Assembly (NCBI GenBank): GCA_039591655.1
Contig: JBDHDE010000060.1
Location: 1-14,733, forward strand
Origin: Gemmatimonadota bacterium
GTDB lineage: Bacteria; Gemmatimonadota; Gemmatimonadetes; Gemmatimonadales; GWC2-71-9
Length of the DNA stretch: 14,733 bases
Direction: 5' to 3'
The notes beneath the pieces were generated by a model. The model searched no databases. It was not told the DNA's origin and was given only the letters and a program-made list of their open reading frames with translations. The position numbers were made by a program, and so were the translations under genes. Shown here in pieces: positions 7,586-14,733 of the stretch (position 1 is the stretch's first letter; each line of letters begins with the position of its first letter).

Positions 7586-8038
7586 TCAGCCGCCCCGCCG
7601 CTCCTGCCACCAGATCTTGTTCACGATCTTCCACTCGCCTTCGACCTGCAGCAGCGACAGGTAATCCACGTAGTGCACGTCGGGCCACTCGAGGTCCGTC
7701 TTCGCAACCGCGGCGTTGCCCTGCATGTCCACGCTCACGATCCGGTTCACGTGGGTGTCAGGATCCCGCGTTTGGGGCTCGGCGAAGTACCCGAGCCACT
7801 GCTCGAAGGGAATCACGATCAGCTCGCCGTTGTCGGGCCGCGCCGCCATGAGACGGGCCTCGGGATGAAACGCCCGCCTGAGGGCCTCCTGGTCCGAGCC
7901 CATGAGGCCATCGAAGTACGACTGCACGGCTGCTTCAACAACCACCCGCTCAGCGGAGTCATCGAGCGAGGTGACAACGGCCGTGGTAAGCGCCGCGAAC
8001 GGGAGTACCAGAGCGAGAGCGAGCGCTGACTTGCGCAT
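7586..8038 (-). CDS. Secreted NTF2-like / putative lumazine-binding family protein (150 aa)
   Basis: GGAGG SD and an N-terminal hydrophobic signal. Motifs AVQSYFDGL...LRRAFHPEARL...IVSVDMQGNAAVAK...YVDYLSLLQVEGEWKIVNKIW. Confidence 0.85.
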   Translation of the reverse strand: MRKSALALALVLPFAALTTAVVTSLDDSAERVVVEAAVQSYFDGLMGSDQEALRRAFHPEARLMAARPDNGELIVIPFEQWLGYFAEPQTRDPDTHVNRIVSVDMQGNAAVAKTDLEWPDVHYVDYLSLLQVEGEWKIVNKIWWQERRGG

Positions 8039-8119
8039 GGACGCCTCCGGGATATTGGGGAACGATACTCCCGTTCTACGCTCGGGAGCGTCCCGCGGTT
8101 TCCTGACGAAGTTCCGAGT

Positions 8120-8581
8120 CTACATTTGCGCGGCGGCACCACCGCCGGCAGCCGCACCCTCCTGATAGAGCCAGCCGGCGGCCAGGGCGGCGAGCTCCAC
8201 CTCGATCAGCGTCAGGATCAGGCCCAGCACCATCGTGCCCGCCGGAAGGAACTCGGCGAACATCGGCGCCATAGTGATCGAGGGCCAGAACCACGCCAGG
8301 AACCACATGACGCCGCCCGCAATGAGCGCCGTCTTGGGCCCGGGACCGAATCGCGGGCGCATCGAGGCATAGAGGCAGGCGAGAACGATGCCGCCCACGA
8401 AGCCCAGGACGACAAACACAGCGATCCAGATGCCGCCCACCGGCTCGATGCCCATGCCTTCCAGGGCACCCTCCCACACGTCAGCGAACACAACCATGTT
8501 GAGGAGGCTCTCGCCGATGTTGATGATCAACCCGGCCACGAGCCCTCCCAGAACCACTCTACCCCAGTTGATCTGTCCCAT
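8120..8581 (-). CDS. Hypothetical integral membrane protein, ~4 TM (153 aa)
   Basis: GGAGGT SD before the ATG at 8581 (MGQINWGRVVLGGLVAG). It has four hydrophobic segments, a LYASMRPRFGPGPKTALIAG motif and a C-terminal AGWLYQE. Confidence 0.82.
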   Translation of the reverse strand: MGQINWGRVVLGGLVAGLIINIGESLLNMVVFADVWEGALEGMGIEPVGGIWIAVFVVLGFVGGIVLACLYASMRPRFGPGPKTALIAGGVMWFLAWFWPSITMAPMFAEFLPAGTMVLGLILTLIEVELAALAAGWLYQEGAAAGGGAAAQM

Positions 8582-8684
8582 ACCGACCTCCGTGGTGGGA
8601 AACACAAGCTTACCCCATGGCACTCAGGCCGCTCCGTGTCAAGGACTGGTAGCGGCGCGCCATCCGGCGTTAGGTTGCCACCTC

Positions 8685-10358
8685 ATGAACCCGCCGTCGA
8701 TTCGCAGAGATCTGATCCTCCCGGTCCTAGCAGGCGTGGTGGTGTTGGTCGCCGCCACCCGCATCATCGCAACCCACCGGGTGTTCAGCGGCACCTTCGA
8801 TGAGCCGGCTCACGTGGCGGCCGGGATGGAGTGGTTGGACCGTGGGCAATTCACCTACGAGCCCATGAACCCGCCGCTCGCCCGGGTGGCCGTCGCCGTG
8901 GGTCCCTACGCCGCCGGGATCCGGTCGTTCGGCAGCCCCAACCGCTGGCGTGAGGGCAGCAGGATCCTCTACGCGGACGGAGCGTACGGCCGGAACCTCG
9001 CGCTGGCGCGCCTCGGGGTGCTGCCGTTCTTCTTCGTAGCAGCAGTTGTCGTCTGGCTCTGGGCGCGGCGCCTGTTCGGCGCCCCGACCGCCGCCCTCGC
9101 GGCAGTCCTCGTGGCTACCCTCCCTCCGATGCTCGCCCACGGCGGCCTAGCCACCACGGACATGGCGCTGGCGGCATTGCTGACGGCGACCATCTACGCC
9201 TTCATGCGGTGGCTCGACGCGCGCACCGTGGAGCACTCTCTAGCGCTGGGACTCGCCGCGGGCCTTACCATCCTGGCCAAATTCTCCGCCCTGGCCTTCC
9301 TACCGGCGGCCGGGGGAGCGATCCTCGCCGTCCGCTGGTGGGCGCGGCGCGCCGGTGACGGGAGTGCTCCCGTTACAGAGCGGCCCGGCAGCGCGGCGAC
9401 CGCCGGCAACGAGTCACCCCAGGAGGGAGCAGGTAGGAGGCGCGTCGCCACCGCCCACGCAGCCGCGATCGCCGCCGCCGCCGCCTGGCTGGTCATCTGG
9501 GCGGGCTATCGCTTCTCGTTCCACTCTCTGGAGGGAAGTCCCCCGCTCCCGGCGGTGGAGTTGTGGCAGGGCATCGCCCATCTCGTGCAGAAGGCCAAGA
9601 TCGGACACGAGACGTACCTGTTCGGGGAGATCTCGACCAGGGGCTGGTGGTGGTTCTTCCCCATAACCCTGGCGGTGAAGACGCCGCTGCCGTTCGTCGC
9701 CCTCACGGTGATCGGGGGCGTCGGATCCCTCGAGCTACTGCGCGGGCGGCGAGACTGGCAGTCCATCGCCCCCCTCGTCGCCGCCGTCGCCATCGTCGTC
9801 GTGACCCTGCCCCCCAGGCTGAACATCGGTTTGCGCCACGTGCTCCCGGTCTACCCCCTGGCCGCGGTAATCGCCGGCTACGGCGTCACCGTCCTGTGGC
9901 GCGCGACGAGGGCCCGGACAGCTCAGCGAGCGCTCGCGGTGGGCCTGCTCCTCTGGCAGCTGGCGGGCACGTGGCGCGCCCATCCCGACTATCTCCCCTG
10001 GTTCAACGAGTTGGCCGGGGGCCGTCCGGAGCGCATCCTCGTCAACGCCGATCTGGACTGGGGGCAGGACCTGCTGCGTCTCGCCGACACGGTGGAGGCC
10101 CTGGGGATCGACTCGCTGGCCCTAGCCTACTACGGATCCGCCAATCCAGCCCGCCATTTCCCCCGCGTGCGGCCCATGGCGCCTTTCGAGCGACCCGAAG
10201 GGTGGTTCGCCGTGAGCGTCGCCGTCATCAAAGGCCTCCACGTTCCCGATTGGACGGGCTTCGAGTGGCTGGAGTCGGTGGAGCCGGCCGCCCATGTCGG
10301 CGAGTCGATTCGGCTGTATCATTCGGCGACGGCCGACGACGATCCCGTCGGGAACTGA
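8685..10358 (+). CDS. GT-C fold glycosyltransferase (ArnT/PMT-like, GT39/GT83 family), 557 aa
   Basis: An N-terminal TM is followed by TFDEPAHVAAG (DE motif), NPPLAR, AHGGLATTD, LAKFSAL, NIGLRHVLPVYP, HPDYLPWFN and DLDWGQDL, with many TM helices. The start is taken at ATG 8685 because the upstream extension overlaps the divergent gene. Confidence 0.88.
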   Translation: MNPPSIRRDLILPVLAGVVVLVAATRIIATHRVFSGTFDEPAHVAAGMEWLDRGQFTYEPMNPPLARVAVAVGPYAAGIRSFGSPNRWREGSRILYADGAYGRNLALARLGVLPFFFVAAVVVWLWARRLFGAPTAALAAVLVATLPPMLAHGGLATTDMALAALLTATIYAFMRWLDARTVEHSLALGLAAGLTILAKFSALAFLPAAGGAILAVRWWARRAGDGSAPVTERPGSAATAGNESPQEGAGRRRVATAHAAAIAAAAAWLVIWAGYRFSFHSLEGSPPLPAVELWQGIAHLVQKAKIGHETYLFGEISTRGWWWFFPITLAVKTPLPFVALTVIGGVGSLELLRGRRDWQSIAPLVAAVAIVVVTLPPRLNIGLRHVLPVYPLAAVIAGYGVTVLWRATRARTAQRALAVGLLLWQLAGTWRAHPDYLPWFNELAGGRPERILVNADLDWGQDLLRLADTVEALGIDSLALAYYGSANPARHFPRVRPMAPFERPEGWFAVSVAVIKGLHVPDWTGFEWLESVEPAAHVGESIRLYHSATADDDPVGN

Positions 10359-10360
10359 TC

Positions 10361-10807
10361 ATGCCACGAGACGCAGCGCTGGAAGCCATCTGGATCAAGC
10401 GGGTCCACCGCGGGCCCATGGATGCCACCGACCGGGCCTCGCTCAAAGCCGGCAGCGGCATCGTGGGCAACGCAGACCTGGGCGGGAAGCGCCAGGTGAC
10501 CTTCATCGAGCAGGAGCGCTGGGCGGCGCTCAGGGAGGAGCTGGGGCCCGCAGTGGTGCCTTCCGCACGCAGGGCCAACCTCATGGTGCGCGGGGTCCGC
10601 CTGGCCGACAGTCGGGACCGAATCCTCGAGGTGGGCGCCGTCCGCATCCGCATCCAGGGCGAGACCACGCCGTGCGCTCGCATGGACGAGGCGTGTCCCG
10701 GCCTGCGGGACGCGTTGGCCGTCGACTGGGGGGGCGGAGCGTATGGCCAGGTATTGAACGACGGGGAGATCGCCGTAGGTGATTCCGTGCGCTGGATCGC
10801 GCAGTAA
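10361..10807 (+). CDS. MOSC domain protein (148 aa)
   Basis: The ATG is 2 nt after the GT stop. Motifs GIVGNAD...RQVTFI...RRANLMVRG...[16 protein letters not shown]...GEIAVGDSV, including the conserved Cys. Confidence 0.88.
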   Translation: MPRDAALEAIWIKRVHRGPMDATDRASLKAGSGIVGNADLGGKRQVTFIEQERWAALREELGPAVVPSARRANLMVRGVRLADSRDRILEVGAVRIRIQGETTPCARMDEACPGLRDALAVDWGGGAYGQVLNDGEIAVGDSVRWIAQ

Positions 10808-10832
10808 CCGGGAGTCCGCGAGGCACGCGCTA

Positions 10833-11228
10833 ATGAAGAAGTCCGACGCGGAGTGGAAGGCCCAGTTGACGCCGGAGCAGTACCGGGTGACGCGGGAGAA
10901 GGGGACCGAGCGGGCTTTCACAGGCGAGTACTGTGACTGTAAGACCCCGGGCGTCTATCGTTGCATCTGCTGCGGGAGCCCCCTGTTCAGCTCCAACACC
11001 AAGTTCGACTCCGGGACCGGTTGGCCGAGCTTCTGGGGCCCGGTCGTGGCGGAAGCCGTCCGGAACGAGCCCGACGACAGCCTGTCCATGCATCGGACCG
11101 AGGTGCTATGCAGGTTCTGCGATGCGCACCTGGGGCACGTGTTCGATGACGGGCCGGAGCCCACCGGCCTGCGCTACTGCGTCAACTCCGCGGCCCTGCG
11201 CCTGGAGCCGCGGGAGGGCGAGCCCTAG
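10833..11228 (+). CDS. msrB: Peptide-methionine (R)-S-oxide reductase MsrB (131 aa)
   Basis: Motifs [20 protein letters not shown], the Zn motifs CICC and [25 protein letters not shown] and catalytic RYCVNS. Confidence 0.96.
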   Translation: MKKSDAEWKAQLTPEQYRVTREKGTERAFTGEYCDCKTPGVYRCICCGSPLFSSNTKFDSGTGWPSFWGPVVAEAVRNEPDDSLSMHRTEVLCRFCDAHLGHVFDDGPEPTGLRYCVNSAALRLEPREGEP

Positions 11229-11379
11229 GAGAGTTTTCTTGCAGGGAGGCATTAAGGCCACTTTAAGCGGTTCTTTGTGCAATCCTAAGACTGTGCTCGA
11301 TAGGCTGTTGTGCTGGCGTCGTTGGGGGAGAGTAGCCCGGCGGATGCCTCACGGAAGCAGTGGTGGCGGCGGTCGCAAA

Positions 11380-11398
11380 GACGAGTGATCCACTCGTC
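11380..11398 (+). promoter_or_regulatory. Perfect 8-bp inverted repeat upstream of malic enzyme SD
   Basis: GACGAGTG-ATC-CACTCGTC, followed by CAACCAAGAGGGGTGATTCC-GTG. Confidence 0.45.
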
Positions 11399-11418
11399 CA
11401 ACCAAGAGGGGTGATTCC

Positions 11419-13362
11419 GTGGCACGCAAGAGGGCCAAGCGGTCCAAGAAGAAGGCCACCGGGCGGGTGAAGAGGGCGGCAACGTCGGTGAAGAAGGCCG
11501 TTCGCCGCGGGGCGAAGACCGCACAGAAGATGCAGAAGACGACCGGCCGCAAGGTGAAGCGGGCGGCCCAGAAGGCGAAGAAGACCGCCCGACGCCGTGT
11601 GCAGAAGGCGGCCAAGGCGGCCAAGAAGACGGCACGCCGCGGCGCCACGCAGGCGGCCAAGGCCACGACACGGGCGGCGCGGGACTTGAAGAAGGCGGTC
11701 GAGGCCCGCAAGCGGGCGGCCGAGGGCCGCGCCAGGAGCGCGTTCCCCACCGGGATCGAGTTGCTGCACGACTCGCGCCTCAACAAGGGCACCGCCTTTG
11801 CAGAGGCGGAGCGCGACGCCCTGAGGCTGCGTGGCCTGCTGCCGCCGGTCGTGAACAGCATCGAAGTGCAGCAACACCGCGTGCTCGAGAACTACAACCA
11901 CAAGCCCACGCCCCTCGAGAAGTACATCTTCATGATCGCCTTGCAGGATCGCAACGAGACGCTGTTCTACCGCACGGTGATCGACAACATCTACGAGATG
12001 ATGCCCATCATCTACACGCCGACCGTGGGTGAGGCGTGCGCCAAGTTCGGGCACATCTTCCGCCAGCCGCGCGGCCTCTACGTCTCGGCCAAGCACAAGG
12101 GACAGATCGCCAAGGTGCTGCGCAACTGGCCGGAGAAGGACGTGGGCGTCATCGTGGTGACCGACGGCGAGCGCATCCTCGGGCTGGGCGATCTGGGCGC
12201 CGACGGGATGGGCATTCCCATCGGGAAGCTCTCGCTGTACACGGCGTGTGCCGGGGTGCACCCGAGACTCACGCTACCCGTCACGCTGGACGTGGGCACC
12301 GACAACGACGAGCTGCGGGAGGACCCGCTCTACATCGGCATCCGGCAGAAGCGGCTCCGCGGCAAGGAATACGACGACTTCGTCGAGGAGTTCATCACCG
12401 CGGTGCGGCGTAGCTTCCCGGAGGCGCTCGTGCAGTTCGAGGACTTCGCCACGCTCAACGCCTTCCGGTTGCTCAGGAAGTACCACGACCGCATTTGCAC
12501 GTTCAACGACGACATCCAGGGCACCGCGGCCGTGACGCTCGCCGGCCTGTTGGGTGCCGGGCGCATCACCGGCCAGGACATCACGAAGCAGACGGTGCTC
12601 TTCCTCGGCGCCGGCGAGGCGGGCATCGGCATCGCCGATCTCTGCGTCTCGGCCATGGTCCGGGAAGGCATGGACCGCGATGAGGCCATGCGCCGTGTGT
12701 GGCACGTGGACTCGAAGGGGTTGGTGGTGAAGTCACGCACCGACCTGGCGGAGCACAAGCTCCCCTACGCCCGGGACCACGAGTTCGTGCCCGACCTGGC
12801 GGCGGCCATCGAGGCGGCGAAGCCCACGGCAATCATCGGGGTCTCGGGCAAGCCGCAGTCCTTTACGGAGCCGATGGTGCGACGGATGGCGGAGATCAAC
12901 CAGCGTCCGATCGTGTTCGCACTCTCGAACCCGACCTCCAAGGCAGAGTGCACGGCCGAGCAGTGTTACCAGTGGACGGACGGCCGCGCGATCTTCGCCA
13001 GCGGCAGCCCGTTCGACCCGGTCACCTACCAGGGCAAGCGGCACGTCCCGACGCAGGGGAACAATGCCTACATCTTCCCGGGGCTCGGGCTGGGCGCCGT
13101 CGTGTCGCGGGCCAGGCATGTGACCGACGACATGTTCTACGTCGCCACCCGGGCCGTGGCGAACATGACGACCGAGGAGGAGCTGGCGCAGGGTGCCATC
13201 CTGCCGCCGCTCACCGCGATCCGCGAGGTCTCGGCGACGATCGCCGCAGCGGTGGCGGAATACGCGTGGGACGAAGGCCTCGCCACACGCAGGCGGCCTC
13301 GGGACATCATGGCATTGGTGCGGTCCCAGATGTACGACCCACGCTACGAGAGCTACGTGTAG
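11419..13362 (+). CDS. maeA: Malic enzyme (large-subunit MaeA/SfcA/eukaryote-like class) with N-terminal histone-H1-like basic extension (647 aa)
   Basis: Motifs LNKGTAF, LQDRNETLFY, PIIYTPTVG, VVTDGERILGLGDLG, QFEDF, FNDDIQGTA, GAGEAGIG, FALSNPTSKAEC and QGNNAYIFPG. GTG start with a GAGGGGTGA SD. Residues 1-110 are K/R/A-rich. Confidence 0.93.
   Translation: MARKRAKRSKKKATGRVKRAATSVKKAVRRGAKTAQKMQKTTGRKVKRAAQKAKKTARRRVQKAAKAAKKTARRGATQAAKATTRAARDLKKAVEARKRAAEGRARSAFPTGIELLHDSRLNKGTAFAEAERDALRLRGLLPPVVNSIEVQQHRVLENYNHKPTPLEKYIFMIALQDRNETLFYRTVIDNIYEMMPIIYTPTVGEACAKFGHIFRQPRGLYVSAKHKGQIAKVLRNWPEKDVGVIVVTDGERILGLGDLGADGMGIPIGKLSLYTACAGVHPRLTLPVTLDVGTDNDELREDPLYIGIRQKRLRGKEYDDFVEEFITAVRRSFPEALVQFEDFATLNAFRLLRKYHDRICTFNDDIQGTAAVTLAGLLGAGRITGQDITKQTVLFLGAGEAGIGIADLCVSAMVREGMDRDEAMRRVWHVDSKGLVVKSRTDLAEHKLPYARDHEFVPDLAAAIEAAKPTAIIGVSGKPQSFTEPMVRRMAEINQRPIVFALSNPTSKAECTAEQCYQWTDGRAIFASGSPFDPVTYQGKRHVPTQGNNAYIFPGLGLGAVVSRARHVTDDMFYVATRAVANMTTEEELAQGAILPPLTAIREVSATIAAAVAEYAWDEGLATRRRPRDIMALVRSQMYDPRYESYV
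11467..11643 (+). repeat. Degenerate ~45-bp (15-aa) tandem repeats in the basic extension
   Basis: VKRAATSVKKAVRRG (aa17-31), AKTAQKMQKTTGRK (32-45), VKRAAQKAKKTARRR (46-60) and VQKAAKAAKKTARRG (61-75). Confidence 0.75.
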
Positions 13363-13369
13363 GGCGCCT

Positions 13370-14275
13370 CTAGGGCTCCAGGCCGGCGTCGTAGTGCAGC
13401 ACGAACTCCAGGAACTTCGAGACGGCGATCATGTCCTCCCCCACGTAGCGGATGCTGTGCGCATCCGTCCGCTCCACGATGGGGAGATAGGCCAGGACCT
13501 GGGAGGGTCGGTAGTTCTTGAACCGCACGTCCAGCGTGACCGGTGTCTCCAGCACCACTGGCTCGAAGTCGTCCAGGCGCCGTAGAGCGGCCTCGACCTT
13601 CTCCTCGATGAGGCGGTAGGCGGCTTCCGGCATCAGGGTCCGGGCCGAGTGGAAGCTATGGTTCCACTTGACCACCGCCCCCTCGATGTCCCCCACGACA
13701 TGACTGATCTCGGCCACCGCGGCATCGTCACCCGACACCATGACCACGGGTACCCCGAAGTGGCCTGCGATCGCCGCATTGATCCCGCCCTCCGGCACTG
13801 ACAGACCGTTCAGGCGAATGTCCGCCAAGCGCGCACTCGACATGGTGTGGGCGCGTACACCGTCGGGGTTGGTGGTGCCGGCGTGGTACCCGATGAAGAT
13901 GGCGGCGTCGAAGGTGGAATCGATGCCCTCCATCATCATGAGCGGCCGGGGCCAGGATCGCACCACGGTGACATCCGGGGGGAGGTCGTCCAGCAGGAGG
14001 TTCTGTCCGTTGCCGTGGGAGTCGCTGATGAGGATCTCGGTGGCGCCGGCGGCACGTGCTCCTCGGATCGCCGCCAGCACCTCCTGTGTCATGTACTTGC
14101 GGGCCGTGGCGTAGTCGAAGCCACTCGGCCCCAGCTGGGCACCGGTCACAACTCCCACCACACCTTCCATGTCGGCCGAGATGTAGACCTTGCAGGGCCG
14201 TTGCTGGGCCCATGCCGGGCCGGCAGCGACGGCGACCAGCAGGAGCGCCGCCAGCGCAGTGTTCCGCGTTCGCAT
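13370..14275 (-). CDS. dppA: M55 family metallopeptidase (DppA-like D-aminopeptidase) with signal peptide (301 aa)
   Basis: Motifs KVYISADMEG, SDSHG, FIGYHA, AHT, EGGINA and SGDD. The start ATG overlaps the dodecin stop (TAATG). The N-terminus is MRTRNTALAALLLVAVAAGPAWA-QQ. Confidence 0.9.
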   Translation of the reverse strand: MRTRNTALAALLLVAVAAGPAWAQQRPCKVYISADMEGVVGVVTGAQLGPSGFDYATARKYMTQEVLAAIRGARAAGATEILISDSHGNGQNLLLDDLPPDVTVVRSWPRPLMMMEGIDSTFDAAIFIGYHAGTTNPDGVRAHTMSSARLADIRLNGLSVPEGGINAAIAGHFGVPVVMVSGDDAAVAEISHVVGDIEGAVVKWNHSFHSARTLMPEAAYRLIEEKVEAALRRLDDFEPVVLETPVTLDVRFKNYRPSQVLAYLPIVERTDAHSIRYVGEDMIAVSKFLEFVLHYDAGLEP

Positions 14276-14484
14276 TAGTCTTCCAGGGTGAAGCTGATCT
14301 TGAGGATGGCCTGCCACTGACTGACCTTGCTGCCCTCGATGTGCCCCCGGATCTCCGTTACCTCGACCCAGCGCATGTTGCGCACGGTCTTCGCGGCCCG
14401 GCCCACCGCCTTCTGTACCGCGTCCTCGATGCCCTTATCCGAGGTGCCGACGAGCTCGGTGGTCTTGTAGACGTGGTCCTGCAT
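14275..14484 (-). CDS. Dodecin (flavin-binding protein), 69 aa
   Basis: HVYKTTELVGTS...IEDAVQKAV.RA.KTVRNMRWVEVTEIRGHI...WQAILKISFTLE, with an AAGGAG SD. Confidence 0.95.
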   Translation of the reverse strand: MQDHVYKTTELVGTSDKGIEDAVQKAVGRAAKTVRNMRWVEVTEIRGHIEGSKVSQWQAILKISFTLED

Positions 14485-14563
14485 GGGCGGACTCCTTCGT
14501 TTGAGTGTTCCCAGACGCCACGGTCAGGCCCGCGCCGGTGAATGCGCCGACCACCGCGCTGGA

Positions 14564-14592
14564 ACAATACGCCCGCCGCACGACTGTGGCCA
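14564..14592 (-). promoter_or_regulatory. Putative sigma70 promoter for dodecin-dppA
   Basis: The minus strand reads TGGCCA-N17-TATTGT, about 80 nt upstream of the dodecin ATG. Confidence 0.35.
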
Positions 14593-14675
14593 GCGCACTT
14601 GCCTGTACCCATGACCGTTCGCAACTTTGGCACGACCATGACAATGGCAGACTGACGTGGCACCCCACCGGCTGG

Positions 14676-14714
14676 TCAGCGACTCCCGCCGCCGCATTCG
14701 CCGGCGGCTGCTGA
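14676..14714. terminator. GC-rich hairpin near window end
   Basis: The core is GCCGCCG-CATTCGC-CGGCGGC, extended by TCAGC/GCTGA. It may terminate a gene lying outside the window. Confidence 0.3.
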
Positions 14715-14733
14715 GGTTCGGCATCATACTCCT

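Noticed and set aside
8607..8642. Perfect TTGACA plus TAAGCT on the minus strand upstream of the membrane-protein gene
   Set aside because: The spacer is 24 nt, too long for a sigma70 promoter.
8388..8684. N-terminal 99-aa extension of the glycosyltransferase
   Set aside because: It overlaps the divergent membrane-protein gene. The first TM helix follows ATG 8685.
9563..10360. N-terminal extension of the MOSC ORF (414-aa call)
   Set aside because: It overlaps the glycosyltransferase in another frame and is Arg/Pro-rich noise. The domain starts at ATG 10361.
14627..14643. Sigma54-like TTGGCACGACCATGACA on the + strand
   Set aside because: The -24 element is good, but the -12 position reads AC instead of the conserved GC, and no downstream gene is visible in the window.
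14524..14727. 67-aa ORF with AGGAG upstream (MMPNLSSRRR...)
   Set aside because: It has no recognisable motif, runs through a hairpin and the predicted dodecin promoter, and its context is cut off by the window edge.
1..14733. CRISPR arrays, IS/integrase, tRNA/rRNA, defence systems
   Set aside because: No repeat-spacer arrays, transposase or recombinase motifs, or RNA-gene signatures were seen. The only repeats are short in-frame coding repeats.

Overview
High-GC bacterial DNA. The gene content and protein style suggest Gemmatimonadota or another FCB-group organism, which is an inference. No mobile element, CRISPR array, rRNA or tRNA is visible. The genes in order are: partial ATP-grasp protein (-, runs off the window and is missing from the ORF track), NifU/NfuA-like protein (-), 5'-truncated MetA-pathway/'transporter' beta-barrel remnant (-), secreted VPS10/BNR-repeat beta-propeller protein (+), 84-aa hypothetical (-) coupled to a stand-alone EgtD-family methyltransferase (-), outer-membrane beta-barrel (+), secreted NTF2/lumazine-binding-like protein (-), 4-TM membrane protein (-), GT-C (ArnT/PMT-like) glycosyltransferase - MOSC - MsrB (+), malic enzyme (+), and dodecin coupled to a signal-peptide-bearing M55/DppA D-aminopeptidase (-). 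The most striking feature is the malic enzyme. It carries an in-frame ~110-aa histone-H1-like Lys/Arg/Ala N-terminal domain built from ~15-aa repeats, and it has NADP-type cofactor residues. Other notable items are an orphan egtD with substituted active-site residues and a possible ATC start, a tandem D-S-[T/I] repeat in the barrel protein near a GT-C enzyme, and an overall redox/sulfur theme.
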